Of a stretch of DNA of 64,000 nt, positions 25,453 through 37,990 are shown piece after piece. Location of the stretch: the NCBI GenBank assembly GCA_964106915.2, contig OZ066918.1, one strand, 5' to 3'. Every line of letters starts with the position of its first letter. Position 1 is the stretch's first letter. Both the position numbers and the translations under genes were made by a program. Below the pieces are notes generated by a model, which searched no databases, was not told where the DNA came from, and was given only the letters and a program-made list of their open reading frames with translations. The stretch comes from Podarcis gaigeae. Its lineage: Eukaryota.

Positions 25453-28400
25453 AAAAAAAATCAAAAATCCTTCAGTCACACTATTTCATTGTTATGCTTT
25501 CCATATTTTCCCTCACACAAGCAAAGCTGTTCTTGGTAGTTCAGATGCTCTAAAGCTTTGGCTTTTGCCTGTGCCGTAACAAGAATCATAGTGGTTAACC
25601 CCAAGATTAGCAGGGTAGACACGACAGCCTCTTCCTCTGGGGAAGCTCATGAAACACACACTGTGGCAGCCTAACAATGGGTTTCTCTGCATGAAGAGCG
25701 GACTGGTATTAAGACCATTAGCCAGCGATGACAACTGAACATTTTAAAACAAGAACATTCATGTTGCATACTGCAATTTCTGAGTGGCTGGTGGTGCATT
25801 GTATCACTTAAACCTTTGTAACAGATACATTTTGAAAGAGCATAGTTTGATTATCGTGTGGTAAAACTGGGTGCATAATTAGCAGAGAACATGAAGGATA
25901 AAAACATGGTTCTTCCTTACCCATTAAGATATTGGGTGAGGATGACTAAGTGAAGCTACTTTGTCTGACACTACCCCCCCAATAGCTTTACTAAATTTGA
26001 ATTATGTTTGTTGAAAGCTCTGCTCAGTTTCCCCTTTAAGGAAAAGAAGCAGCAGCATCTGTTGCTTTGACATCCATTGCTTTGACTTCCTACCAGCTGA
26101 GTGCACATGTTCAGTATTTGTGAAGCCTTCATTGCCAAGTGATGCCAGGTTTCCTATGGAGAATATGTGGGGAACCTTTGGTTCTTCAGATGTTGCTGAA
26201 GTATAACTCCCATCAGCCCAAAGAAGCATGGATGTTAGGGGTTGTTGTTCAGAAACATCTGGGGAATCAGAAGTTCCCCACACCTCCTAATGAGTCTGAC
26301 CATCCATGAAGATATCTGGAGAATATAGTGGGCCACAAGATTAGCAATGGCTATTGCTCATTCTGGGCATATTTTCTTTGTCTGCAGTTTCAAGAACTGT
26401 GGTATCTGGAGCTGCATGGATGTGTGCCTAATTGAACTCATGAGTTCTAAAAAAATCAGTTTGGAGGGGTTCTGTAGTAGCAACTGTTGAGAACGGAAAA
26501 TTAAAAACATTCTAGTAGGCATAAGGCTCATACATGGACCTCTGGATCACAGCCATAGTCAACATACCTGAGAGTTTTGCAAAGATACAGATTCCTGAAC
26601 ACTGCTAAGGATTAAATCAGTGATGAAAACATAGACAGAGGTACGAGTTGAACTTGGCAGCAAATTTCTTTAAAAATTAAACAATGCTGTCTTTTTTCAG
26701 ACTGTCCTAGATAAGAATACTTTGATGTTGAGGAACCAGGCTTCAGATAGGCGAAGGAATAAAAATTGTAAATGTTTTATTGTGCACATACACAACACTA
26801 CATGTACTTCTGAACTCTGGCTCATTTGATTATTGTTGAATCTGCCAATGAATCTGCCAATGTTTCTTTATGATTCTAAAACTGGCTATTATCTAGTAAT
26901 CTCATTCTGCTGCATTTCAACAATACATTGTTTCCCTAATAGTATTGTTTCACTGTTTCTTGTAAGTGCACATGACTGCTAATTTGTAAAGGAGCTTAAA
27001 CAGTGAGAATAACTTTTGTCTACTGATTATTCAGTCAAATATGCTCCTGGTTGCAGTGAATAATCTAGGGTCTACAGTAACTGCCCGCACACTAACTCCA
27101 GCCACTGAAAGTCTTATTGGAATTGTACCATTAGGTGTCCCTGTTCACAAAAGGAGCCAAAATGCAGAACAGTATGTGCTTCATTTCCATGTAGGATTTG
27201 AAGCACATCTAAATGTGGATTGTATTGCAGTTAATGGCCACAATCCTCTTGTCATGTGCACAAAGTCCATGGATATTGTTGGGGATTTTCCAGAGACTCA
27301 TGCCAGAAAGGGGGAGGGGAGCAACCCTCTCCTATTAGAAATTCACACTGTAAGAAAGCTAATGGTCCACTGTGGATCAGTGCACACTTGTACTTTGCCC
27401 CTATAAGAACATAGAAAAGCCCATATGCATGAAAATCCATCCACAGTCTTGTAGCCAACATATAGCTCATTTTATCCTTTCTCATGGCAGCCTGCAAGTG
27501 AAAGAGGTGTGGTATGAAGAGCTGTGAATCTTGCTCTAGAAATCATTTTGCTCTTGAGCTTCATCTCACATATAAAACAGCTATGTAGCAATGTTCTTCA
27601 CAGTTACAGCAGTATCTTAAATGAATGCTTAAACACATGAGCCAAGGCTGACCCCAGATAACATTCATTCAACACTTTCCACATTCTTTATCTGGCTTTG
27701 ACCACAGCCAAAGATGCTGTACCTGATGTCTCAATAGATGAAATTATTGGATCATGAGAGTTCTTGTAGATGACGTGCTGAGTCACCTGATACTCTGGTA
27801 TGTCAGCTGTCCATGGCTGCATCACAGAGATTTTATCTGAATTTTCTTAACTTCCCAAGAATTTTTCGTAACTTCCCTATAAACTTTGAACTCTAGTGAT
27901 AGTGGAACTGTTTTACTTGCCTGTGTAACAAGGGCAGTGTTTTAAGGATGTACATTGACTGTGTGGTTAATGTAGCGTTTTTACTATGTCCGCAAACTCA
28001 CTACATGACCTTAGGCAAACCACTGTTCTCTTGGTCTCATCCCTCTGTCTGCTTATTCAGTGAACATACTGACCTCCCATACAAGGATTTTATAAGGATT
28101 ACTAGAATAATGTATGCAGATTTTGAGAAATTGAACTGCACCATGTCTTATTAAACACATTTTAAAAGGTGAATTCTCTGCAATTTGCAACCAGATCAGA
28201 AACATTCACTGGCTTATTTTCCAGACACTGATATAGCTATTTTCTAGGTGAAATGATACCTACCACCCTTTGCTTACAGTTTCCTCTCCCCCATGGAATT
28301 GTTGGCATGGATTGCATTACTAGGAGTAATTTCCCCCCACTGAATCCTGAACGGAACTCAGGGTAACCGAACTCCATAGGATTTTGTTTAATATATATGA

Positions 28401-29560
28401 GTGCATATTTATTCTTTCAAAGATTATCAGTGACACTGTAGACAGAAGTGTCCAGGAACTTCCCCCCTTGTATGTAAAGGCCCCCTAAATAAAAATTACA
28501 GGGAAAGGTGTTGGCATGCTTTATACAACCCAACCATCTACATGTTCAAAATGGAAACTTTTGAAGTTTCAATTAGCAAAGATTTATTTCCCATGTGCCT
28601 ATTTGACCTTTTTGTGCATGAGTAAATAAGAGAATACATATACTGAATACTGATGGATTTATAGCACTGGGAAAGCAAAGGCTCTGAAGTTGTGTGTGTG
28701 TTTTAAAATTTAACATTTATAGTTTGGAATGAAGAATTAATAAAGTTTTACTTTAACTGTTTTCAGATGTAGAACAAAATATAATTGGTCTCCAAAAGGC
28801 CAATATATTTATTTAGCATACTTTAGCAGTACTTTGTATTTTAGAGCTAGGCTTTGTCTTTAAGATATTTTTATAAACACAGCTTTTATTCTTCTTCAGG
28901 AATGTGACATAGTCTCTTATCACCCCTGCTACTTGCCCATATACCAACAACTGCCTAACACTGTAATGTTTAATGTTTTAAATTACCATATTTAGTCAGA
29001 ATGCACAGGCACGATCTGGATACCTGACAAACGAACTGCAGCAGATTTTATATTTTAATACACTGCTTCATGCAGGCGTAGTGAAAAGGCTTTGGTAAAA
29101 AAAAACCCACAGAGCTATCAAATTAAAAGAGAACAATATGGTAATATTTGCCCACTTTTCCTCTCACCCTTATTTTGTCGTAATTGTGCATACTTTGCAT
29201 ATAATGATTATTAAATGCACAACTTCCCCAGCTCCAGCCGGCATGGCCAGTGGTAAGGGATGATGGGAATTGTGGTCCAAAACATCTGGAAAACACGTAA
29301 GGGTGAGCTTAGTAAATAGCTGGAGCCGCTCCATCAGTGGTGAGACTGCAGAGTCACTTAAATGAAAGAGAGAACAAGGAAAGGGAACCTGATATAAATT
29401 TGGGTCATACTAGTGGTGTGGAATGCCAGCTTCTCATGTAAGGCAGTCATTCCCCATGTATGTCTATCAAATATTTCATATTGCTTGGGAACAGGGTCAC
29501 AGTTTAAAGCCACTAGACTTGTATTAGATAGACTTACAGCATATCTAAAAACATAAAACA

Positions 29561-30000
29561 TCAAGTGCCGAAAACTTCCCGATACAGGGCTTCCTTCAGA
29601 TATCTTCTAAAAGTTGTGCAGTTCTTTATCTCCTTGACATCTGAAGGGAGGATGTTCCACAGGGAGGGCACCACCACCAAAAAGGCCCTCTGTCTGGTTC
29701 CCTGCAACTTCACTTCTCGCAGTGAGGAAACCAGCAGAAGACCCTCAGTGGAGGACCTCAGTTTCTGGGCTGAGCGATGGGGTTGGAGACACTCCTTTAG
29801 ATATACTGGGCCATGGCTGTTTAGGGCTTTAAAGGTCAGCACCAACACTTTGAATTGTGCTCAGAAATGTACTGGGAGTCAGTGAAGATACTTTAGAACC
29901 GGTGTTCTATGGTCCTGGTGGCCACTCCCAGTCACCAGTCTAGCTGCCACATTCTGGGTTAGTTGTAGTTTCTGAGTCACCTCAAAGGTAGCCCCACATA
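29561..30000 (-). mobile_element. L2-clade LINE 3' ORF2 fragment
   Basis: Minus-strand peptides QKLQLTQNVAARLVTG and LVLTFKALN..GPVYLKECL..RAFLVVVPSLWNILP are typical of the L2 ORF2 C-terminus. Confidence 0.85.
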
Positions 30001-30006
30001 GAGTGC

Positions 30007-30007
<1 letters not shown>

Positions 30008-30041
<34 letters not shown>
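30008..30041. repeat. (GT)n microsatellite
   Basis: Read directly from the sequence. Confidence 0.9.
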
Positions 30042-30046
<5 letters not shown>

Positions 30047-30072
30047 CACTGAAAATTCAGCAGTTTCTAAGG

Positions 30073-30313
30073 CAGAGCTTTCTAAACTGTGTGTCATGAC
30101 ATGTTAGTATGTCAGCTGCAGTGTTTAGGTGTGTCATGTGAATGCTCCATGTGCTCCTCCTGGGCTGGAATGGGGTTAGTTTAACATCCAGTTTTCTAAT
30201 AAAACTGAATTACTGTGCCGCGAAATAATGCAAAACTGAATTACGGTACTGTGTTGTGAAATGATGCATGTCTAAAAAGTGTGTAACCAACATGAAAAGT
30301 TTGGAAAGCTTTG
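30073..30313. mobile_element. hAT non-autonomous element, 241 bp
   Basis: 16-bp TIRs (14/16) CAGAGCTTTCTAAACT / AGTTTGGAAAGCTTTG; perfect 8-bp TSD TTCTAAGG. Confidence 0.88.
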
Positions 30314-31639
30314 TTCTAAGGCAGTTAGATAGATGCCTGGATCTCTTTAGGCCAGATTACATGTTTGCTTTGTTACCTTGAAACAGCATCCTTCACTGTA
30401 CCACTGTTGTTAGCAGCCAGAATACTCTGTATGATTAGGTAACCTATATATGACAGCTTTATGCAGAATGCCTTATTCTTTCAGTGACAGTTGCTGCACT
30501 CAATTGGATTGCAATGGGCAGCAATCAAGTTTAAGATTTAATGTTGCAGTCAATGAAAGTCATTTATTATTAGATGAAGTACCTGAAGAAGCCAATTGCT
30601 TCGATATGCAGCGCTTTACTAAAACGCCCCAAACTTTGGTAACATTTTCTACTCTTAAATCATCCACAGCCAGTGCCTTACGTGAACACTTTTACACATC
30701 CCTTAAAATGTTAGAGCTAAAAATTCCAACCTCAGATCAGCTACATGTATTTCAGGCAAGCTAGCACATGTAGCTAAAAGTTAAAAAGTTTCAAGAGAAA
30801 TAAACAAAACACATTGTGTGTTAATGTTAGTGGTGATTCTCCCCCCACCCCCCGCCAATGGTATTGGGGACTCCCCACCCCCATTTAAGGGCAAGAAGTA
30901 AGGTCGTGAAGGAAATCAAACCCTGATGTGGATAAATGAAACATGAGGCCTACTGACTTTCTAAAAACATTTAAAATAATATTCTCTAAGGTTTCATTTT
31001 ATACTGAAGGCGATTGTAATATGTTTTGGAAGATGGTGTAAGGTTTCCATTAAAGCGAGATCATACTTGTTTTTTCTTTTTTCTTTTTGTACCCAAACAT
31101 GGGTAGGGGAGATGGAGTTGGAGCTTATTTAGTAAAGGGTGGAAAGCTTTATAAGTTTTTTCCAGGACTATAAAAATATTAACTGCTACATTAAACCACA
31201 ATTTGCATTTCACTTTTTTTTTTAAGTATACCATTCCTACATCTGACAAGGCAACACACAAAGAGTGGCTTGTGCAAATATAAGAAGGTTGATGGAGTTG
31301 CGCTTTCTTGCATTTGTTCAGATCCTTCACTTCCAAAGAGGTCCATGAGTTCTCCCTGTTTTTCTTATGCATTTCTCCATGAGGGAATTGTTGGAGTCCC
31401 ACTTTGGAACTGTTTGTTCAGCATAGCCTTCTCTGATGTTTGTGGATGTGATCCCTCTCACACTGCCCTTACGTTGTTCATTTTTCCTGGTGATTTGTAT
31501 TTTCTGTCACTGGAAACCAATTTGTGAGGTCATTGTCCTAAAAGAAGAAGTAAAACATTTTAAGAATGAAATAAGAAATACTTATACAATAGGAATATGT
31601 ATCAATACAAAAGGTGAAATTCCCTCACCCTTGTAGTCT

Positions 31640-32050
31640 CTTCACCGAGTCTTGGTTAGACTACTGCAGTGCATTGTATGTGGAGCTGCCATTGAAGATT
31701 GGTCAGAAACTGCAGTTTGGTCCAAAATGCAGCTGCTAGAATATGAATTTAGACTGGGCATTGGAAACACAACTCACCAGTGCTAAAAGAAATGTACTGC
31801 CCCATGGTCCATTACTGAGTGCTGTTCAGAATTAGTACTTAAAGCTCTGCATTGCTTGGGACCTGAAGGCCCACTTTCCCCATACAGTATTAACCTGCCC
31901 ACACATCTTCTGCAGGGCTTCCACTGAGTGCCATCTTAAGTAAGGTGAGAAGAGGGCCTTCTCAGTCATGATACCCTGCTTATGAAATTCTTTCCCAGAG
32001 AAGCTTTATAGGTGCTTAAATAGATGTCTTTTTGTCACCAGATGTTCCCA
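31640..32050 (+). mobile_element. Degraded L2 LINE fragment
   Basis: TTAGACTACTGC, CAGAAACTGCAG..CAAAATGCAGCTGCTAG and GAGGGCCTTCTC motifs, collinear with the 29561-30000 copy. Confidence 0.65.
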
Positions 32051-32522
32051 GACCTTAACTATAGCAGATCTTTTATGTTGGATGAATTCAAGCCATACAC
32101 ACCGTCCAAGATACAGCCGTGAAGTAATTTAAAAACAGCACTGCAAGAGCTACAAGTTAAATAAGGCTTCTGCTTTGTAGTATGTTGCCAGTGCTGCCTC
32201 AGTAAGTAAATTCCCCACAGGCATTTGCAGAGTGCCAAATATATGGCCTTTATTAAAGATCCTATTGTTTGGCAGTGTCATTATTTGCTGTTACACCCCA
32301 GTGTTGTGCTTTTCAGACAATTTTTTTTTTTTAAGCCAACATGTTAAAGGCTGCAGTCCTATACAAACGTACCAGAGCTTAATCCCATTGTACTCAGTGA
32401 GCCTTACTTCTGAGCAGACATGAATAGGATTGCACTGCATGGCAGACTATATGCTATTTGGATGGTTTTTAATGTTTCCTCAAATAACTCTAATTTAGTT
32501 TTAATAATTAATGTATCTCTAA

Positions 32523-32839
32523 AAAGGTAAAGGACCCCTGGCAGTTAAGTCCAGTCACGAACGACTCTGTGGTTGCGACACTCATCTCACTTTACTGGCC
32601 GAGGGAGCCAGCGTTTGTCCGCAGACAGTTTTTCCGGGTCATGTGGCCAGCATGACTAAGCTGCTTTTGGTGAACCAGAGCAGCGCACGGAAACGCCATT
32701 TACCTTCCGCCGGAGCGGTATCTATTTATCTACTTGCACTTTGATATGCTTTCGAACTGCTAGGTTGGCAGGAGCAGGGACCAAACAATGGGAGCTCACC
32801 CCATCGCAGGGATTGGAACCGCTGACCTTCTGTTCGGCA
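32523..32839 (-). mobile_element. Sauria SINE lacking its 5' end, abutting a half MITE (to ~32910)
   Basis: Homologous to the other two copies up to ...CCTTCTGTTCGGCA, then switches to the GATGGAAGTTGTA MITE arm. Confidence 0.88.
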
Positions 32840-34110
32840 TTGGGTATGCTGACTGGAGCTGATGGAAGTTGTATTCCACTACATCAGGAAGGCGAAAAGT
32901 TCCCAACCCCAGTGGGTTCTTCAAAAGAAATGAAGAGTCCAAAATAAATTGTGTATAATTTGTTTACACTTACAAAAAATAAAGCACTTAATAAGTTTTT
33001 CATTTCAGGTGTCTAATTGTTTGATTTATTTTCCTGTTTATTATAATTTGCCCTGAGATGAGAGGCAAAATAATATCAGATAAATAAACAAACAAACATG
33101 TAATGAAACAGAACAAGAACAAAAAAGATTGCATTTCTTGACATGTGAGATACACTTGAGTTCCAAATACCGTCAAGGAAAATCATTAGCTTCTAATCCC
33201 TTAATGGTGTTTTCTTCCCAATGGCATAAAATTGCTGCTGAGTCTTAATACTTCAAGATTGCTGTGAAATAATTCAAGCTGATGAATAAGAACATACAGA
33301 TTTTGCCAAGAAGCCAATTCAGTATTCTCTCCGATGACCATCTTGGAAAAAGACCATTGTGCATCATTTCTTGATGATGGATGATGGAACTTAATAAGCT
33401 GACCCTTTTACGTTTGGTACTAAGTCTTTCAAAGGCCCAAACCACAGAATGATCTCATGAGTTCAGAGCTTTGGAAAGCCCTTTGGAAAGCCCATTATTA
33501 AAAGAAATAATAGAAGTTGTTTTTTAGAACAGTAGTTGCCAGTTGTGATCATGACGCAGAAGGCCACACAGTGAGCTCTGGGCATACAGTGTGGCTTCTG
33601 AAGCATGTCTTCTAAAAGCAGTTCCCTAAAGCTGAGAGTTTCAAGAACTACTACCTACAAACCAGGATATGGATATGAGGTAGTAGTGGTTGCTGGTGAA
33701 AAAGCACTGGTACTCTGGTTCATGTGAGGTAATGGTCCTATGCACTGATGGTACCCTTTGGGACAGACCCAATAGGCCTAACTGTGGAAAATCTATAATG
33801 GTTCCTTGACTGAGGTTGTTACGTAACCAACATGTATATGAGATGATGCCATATATGTTCTTTGCAGTAATGTTATTATCAGGACATGATTATAGTTCAC
33901 AATTAGTGAATGCCTTCTATAATAATATATATTAATTGATGTTTATTTTAGTCTTTTATTCTTTTTTTTTTAAAAAAAAACTTGTTTTGGTAGCATTTTT
34001 GTTTGGTCTTTGCTGCTCTTTTTCCCTTCTATGTTTATATTTTTGCCTAATTAGACAATTTCCAGTTACAATATACCTCAGTAAACCCTCACCCAAAGGA
34101 TTTGGCAATA

Positions 34111-34349
34111 CAGTGGTACCTCGGGTTAAGAACATAATTTGTTCTGGAGGTCCATTCTTAACCTGAAATTGTTCTTAACCTGAAGCACCACTTTAGCTAA
34201 TGGGGCCGCCTGCTGCCACAGCACCGCTGCAACACAATTTCTGTTCTCATCCTGAAGCAAAGTTCTTAACCCGAGGTAATATTTCTGGTTAGCGAAGTCT
34301 AACCTGAAGCATATGTAACCTGAAGCATATGTAACTTGAGGTACCACTG
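34111..34349. mobile_element. Tc1/mariner-type MITE
   Basis: TIR CAGTGGTACCTC, TA TSDs, internal TAACCTGAA repeats. Confidence 0.9.
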
Positions 34350-34462
34350 TAGATTTGACTTCAGATTAGGACACACTTAATTCTTTTTTATTAAGTCGGT
34401 GAATCATAATATTGTTTTCTGGTTTGACATTCATTAAAATCAATTACCGTACAACTGAAGAC

Positions 34463-34484
34463 GATGATAGATAGATAGATAGAT

Positions 34485-34519
<35 letters not shown>

Positions 34520-34526
34520 GATAGAT
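34463..34526. repeat. (GATA)n microsatellite
   Basis: Read directly, with GAT interruptions. Confidence 0.95.
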
Positions 34527-34938
34527 TTCCCTCACCCTATATAGTAGGGAACAACCCCAGAGAGTGGTGCTCTCATATTTGATACCACATAAATAGAAGT
34601 TTCTGTGATTTAAAAAAAGTATCCTTAGTTAATTGTGCCCTATTTTTCCTCCCCCCACTTCATACAGTCTTCTGCTCTCTGCCATCTTTTTTCTTTTTCT
34701 TCTAAAAGGCTAGTCTTTAGACAGCACTCCAACTGGAGTATTCAAGCACCTCCTTTGAAGTGCAGTTTTTGTTCTACGTTTTGGTTACAGCGTTATTTCA
34801 GTGAAGTCAGCCAACGGGCTTACAGGGCTTTTTGGCTCATGTTCACTAACAGTTTTCTTGGCAGTGCTGCTTAATTCTGCTTCTTTATACATTTCTTTCT
34901 CTCTCTTCTCCCCCCGCCCCATCTTTGCTTCCTGACAG

Positions 34939-35129
34939 AGCGATCGCCTCACAGGCCTATCCTACAAGCTGGCCTACCAGCAAATACTTCCGCAGTTGTT
35001 GGGGGTGATGCAGAGTTTGTCTGCAAAGTCTACAGTGATGCTCAGCCTCATATCCAGTGGATAAAACACACAGAAAAGAATGGAAGTAAATATGGGCCAG
35101 ATGGATTGCCGTACCTGAAAGTTTTAAAG
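34939..35129 (+). CDS. FGFR2: FGFR2 exon 7 (IgII-III linker and IIIa)
   Basis: CAG acceptor, GTGAGT donor, 191 nt. Encodes [64 protein letters not shown]. Confidence 0.97.
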
Positions 35130-35971
35130 GTGAGTTGCCCCCCCCTTATTTTCTTTTGAACAATAAGCAATTCTTTTTAGAATGTTATAAAGCTTTTTGA
35201 ACAAGGTCAAGGGATAGATTTTTAAAATTGACTTTTATCCTTGCCAGAACACATAAATACAGTGGAATACTGAGTTGTTGGTATAAACAAAAGCAAAAAT
35301 TCATTCCGCATTTCACCTTCCTTAAAGTCTTTTATCCATCAGCATGATTGTTTGCTTATTTTTCAGACATCATGGTTGTTTATTAAAAGACTTGCAGTGC
35401 CGTTATCTTGGCATCACTTGAGATTTGTGCATTGGCAAAGAGTATCCAAAATAAATCAAAGTAAATATATTAAGAGGTTTGGACAACATTATAGGCCCTT
35501 CTGTAATGACCGTATTTGTTGCCAAAGGATGTTGTCAGTGTTCATTTTCCTCATGATAAAGATACTGAGTGTGTCCCCCTTCCCCAAGTGTGAACTATTG
35601 ACTGGGCAATCATTTTAGGGGTAGCAGCCATTTTGAAAATATGTCATTTTTGCCTGGCTTTGCTCCTAAGGAACAGCTAATTTTTATAGTAGTGATTTCC
35701 CATGAAGCTTAGCAGTAGAGCCAGAAATTTATGATTTTGCACAGCGAAGAAACAAAAAAGGTAGTTTATCTGGGCAGAAGCTTTCCTGCCCCAATTTTGT
35801 AAGAAATCTTTCTTGCTGCTGCTGCTGCTGTTGTTTTAAAGTGCAATATTTCAATGTTAGCATTTGTAGTAACTGGAAGACTCCTTCAAGTGTTTTGGTG
35901 GCGGGACCATGGTGGTGTCTACATTTGGGGCAGTAGTTACATTGTTCTCCTGTGTTATTGGTCTGTTCTAG

Positions 35972-36116
35972 CATTCGGGGATAAATAGTTCCAATGCTGA
36001 AGTGCTGAAACTGTACAATGTGACAGAGGCGGATGCTGGAGAATATATTTGTAAGGTCTCCAATTATATAGGGGAGGCCAACCAGTCTGCCTGGCTTACG
36101 GTTCTGCTAAAAAAAG
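35972..36116 (+). CDS. FGFR2: FGFR2 exon 8 (IIIb, epithelial alternative exon)
   Basis: TAG acceptor, weak GTAACG donor, 145 nt. Encodes [48 protein letters not shown]. Confidence 0.96.
36069..36078 (+). promoter_or_regulatory. S10-like exonic splicing silencer in IIIb (hnRNP A1 UAGG motif)
   Basis: TAGGGGAGGC at the position of the mammalian S10 silencer (recalled as TAGGGCAGGC). Confidence 0.65.
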
Positions 36117-36263
36117 GTAACGACGTCTGTTAAAGAAAGCTGGATGTAGAAGCTGGAAAAAATTGGTGCTTTGGGACTCTGCAGGCAGCTTGTAGGATAA
36201 CTCCATGACCTTGGTGTATTTATAATCCTCTCTTGGAGATGCAACTGGTATTACTCCAGTAGC

Positions 36264-36283
36264 CATGGAAAAATTCCCACAAA
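36264..36283 (+). promoter_or_regulatory. IAS2/ISE2 intronic splicing element
   Basis: CATGGAAAAATTCCCACAAA, complementary to 37462-37483. Position and sequence match the mammalian element as recalled. Confidence 0.85.
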
Positions 36284-37461
36284 TACTGTTTTAGTTACCT
36301 CTTCTGAAACCTTTTGTCTTTTCTGTTTTTTCTTTGATATATCCTTTGTCTTCGTATATATTTCCCCCCAGCAGAATCTGACCACTCTGAGTCTTCCTTA
36401 CTTTTGCACTGTTGCCTTCTATTTCTTTGTATTATATATTGATCACTGTTCTGGAAATCATAGCTACTCATTGAGGTTGGATCAAGTGATGAGGTGTTGC
36501 ACATACCAGATTACCTTCAATGCCACCTGTCTCAGTCTGGTAGTAGACTGAACATGAATTCATGGAGACCTATCCACTTGACGAGCCAGCATTTTATATC
36601 ATTGTTTCCATCTTTACACAAGTGCTGTATAGCCATGTGATGGGTCTCATTTGGACCTTTTTAATAGTGTGGTATGCACTTCAGCCTTGGCAAAAAGCTT
36701 CATGCTCTTTTTAAAATGCAAATATGTTAAATCTTAATATTTGAATAGAACTAATTCTCTTCCATGGTCATTTGGCATACATATAGAGGTCTTGATTCCT
36801 TTTGTTTACTTCAAGACAGTGCAGCAATAGTTACCATCTTGTTAAGCAGGGATTGTTGAATTTTACATTCCCGTATTTGTAAATCCTTTTGTATGCCTTA
36901 TCAGGACACCTATTTCTCACCACATTGGGTGGCCCAATATTTTTTTTCTAGATAAGGTGAACTGTTCAGACCAACTTGTTTCCAGACTTTGGGTCATCAT
37001 AATAGACCCAAATGTAAGCAAGTAAGCACATCTAGAAAATCCATTATCCATACATTTTATTTCTATAATCACTTGAAGCAGTAGTGGCCTGTTTACTTCT
37101 AGCACCAACTGTTTGTCTGGGCATTCCTACCTGTGGCAAACCTGTGTTTGGGTTCATGATGGAATCCTAAACTGCTCCATTATATTTAAATCTTAGGTTT
37201 GACTTAAGTTATTATTTGAGGCAGTGATAGCCTGAGTTCTCCCTCAGCCCTTGGTTACAAGGAACTCTTGGGTTGTAATGAAAACACCTCTTTTTGAAGT
37301 CTTTTTGTCTCTTTATTTTCAGCCCTTCCCTGTATGTCTCTGAAATGTATGTCTTCATTAATCTGAAGGACATTTTAAGTGACATTACAGAATATCCTGT
37401 CCCCTCTTCTTCTCTCTGTTTCATCTTTCTTTGTGTTTATGTCATTTTCTCCTCCAAACAT

Positions 37462-37498
37462 TTTGTGGACAATTTTTTCCATGTTCTTTGATTGCATG
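37462..37498 (+). promoter_or_regulatory. ISAR/IAS3 core plus RBFOX site
   Basis: TTTGTGGACAATTTTTTCCATG pairs with IAS2. TGCATG at 37493-37498. Confidence 0.85.
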
Positions 37499-37504
37499 CC
37501 TTCT

Positions 37505-37615
37505 TAGGTGGTGAGAGTAGGTTTGGTGAAGGGTGTTGATGATTCATTCCTCTCCGAGGTGAGCTGGGATCTGTTGGTAATTGCCTTTTGGTTGAGGGCT
37601 TTGTGGATGGGATCT
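37505..37615 (+). promoter_or_regulatory. ISE/ISS-3-like GU/UGG-rich element (candidate ESRP binding)
   Basis: Dense GGTG/TGG motifs immediately 3' of ISAR and upstream of IIIc. Confidence 0.65.
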
Positions 37616-37735
37616 CCCCCCACGGCTGTGCACCGGTCGTTTCTTCTGAAGTGCCAAGCTCCCCGTGGCTCCACTTCCCATCCACAAGAATTCCTAAAAT
37701 GTCTAGCTTTTCTCTTGCTTCCCTTTTTTTTCTAG

Positions 37736-37990
<255 letters not shown>

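Noticed and set aside
34111-34349. Repeated TAACCTGAA units suggesting a CRISPR-like array
   Set aside because: Irregular subterminal repeats inside a TA-flanked MITE in a vertebrate intron, with no spacer structure or cas genes.
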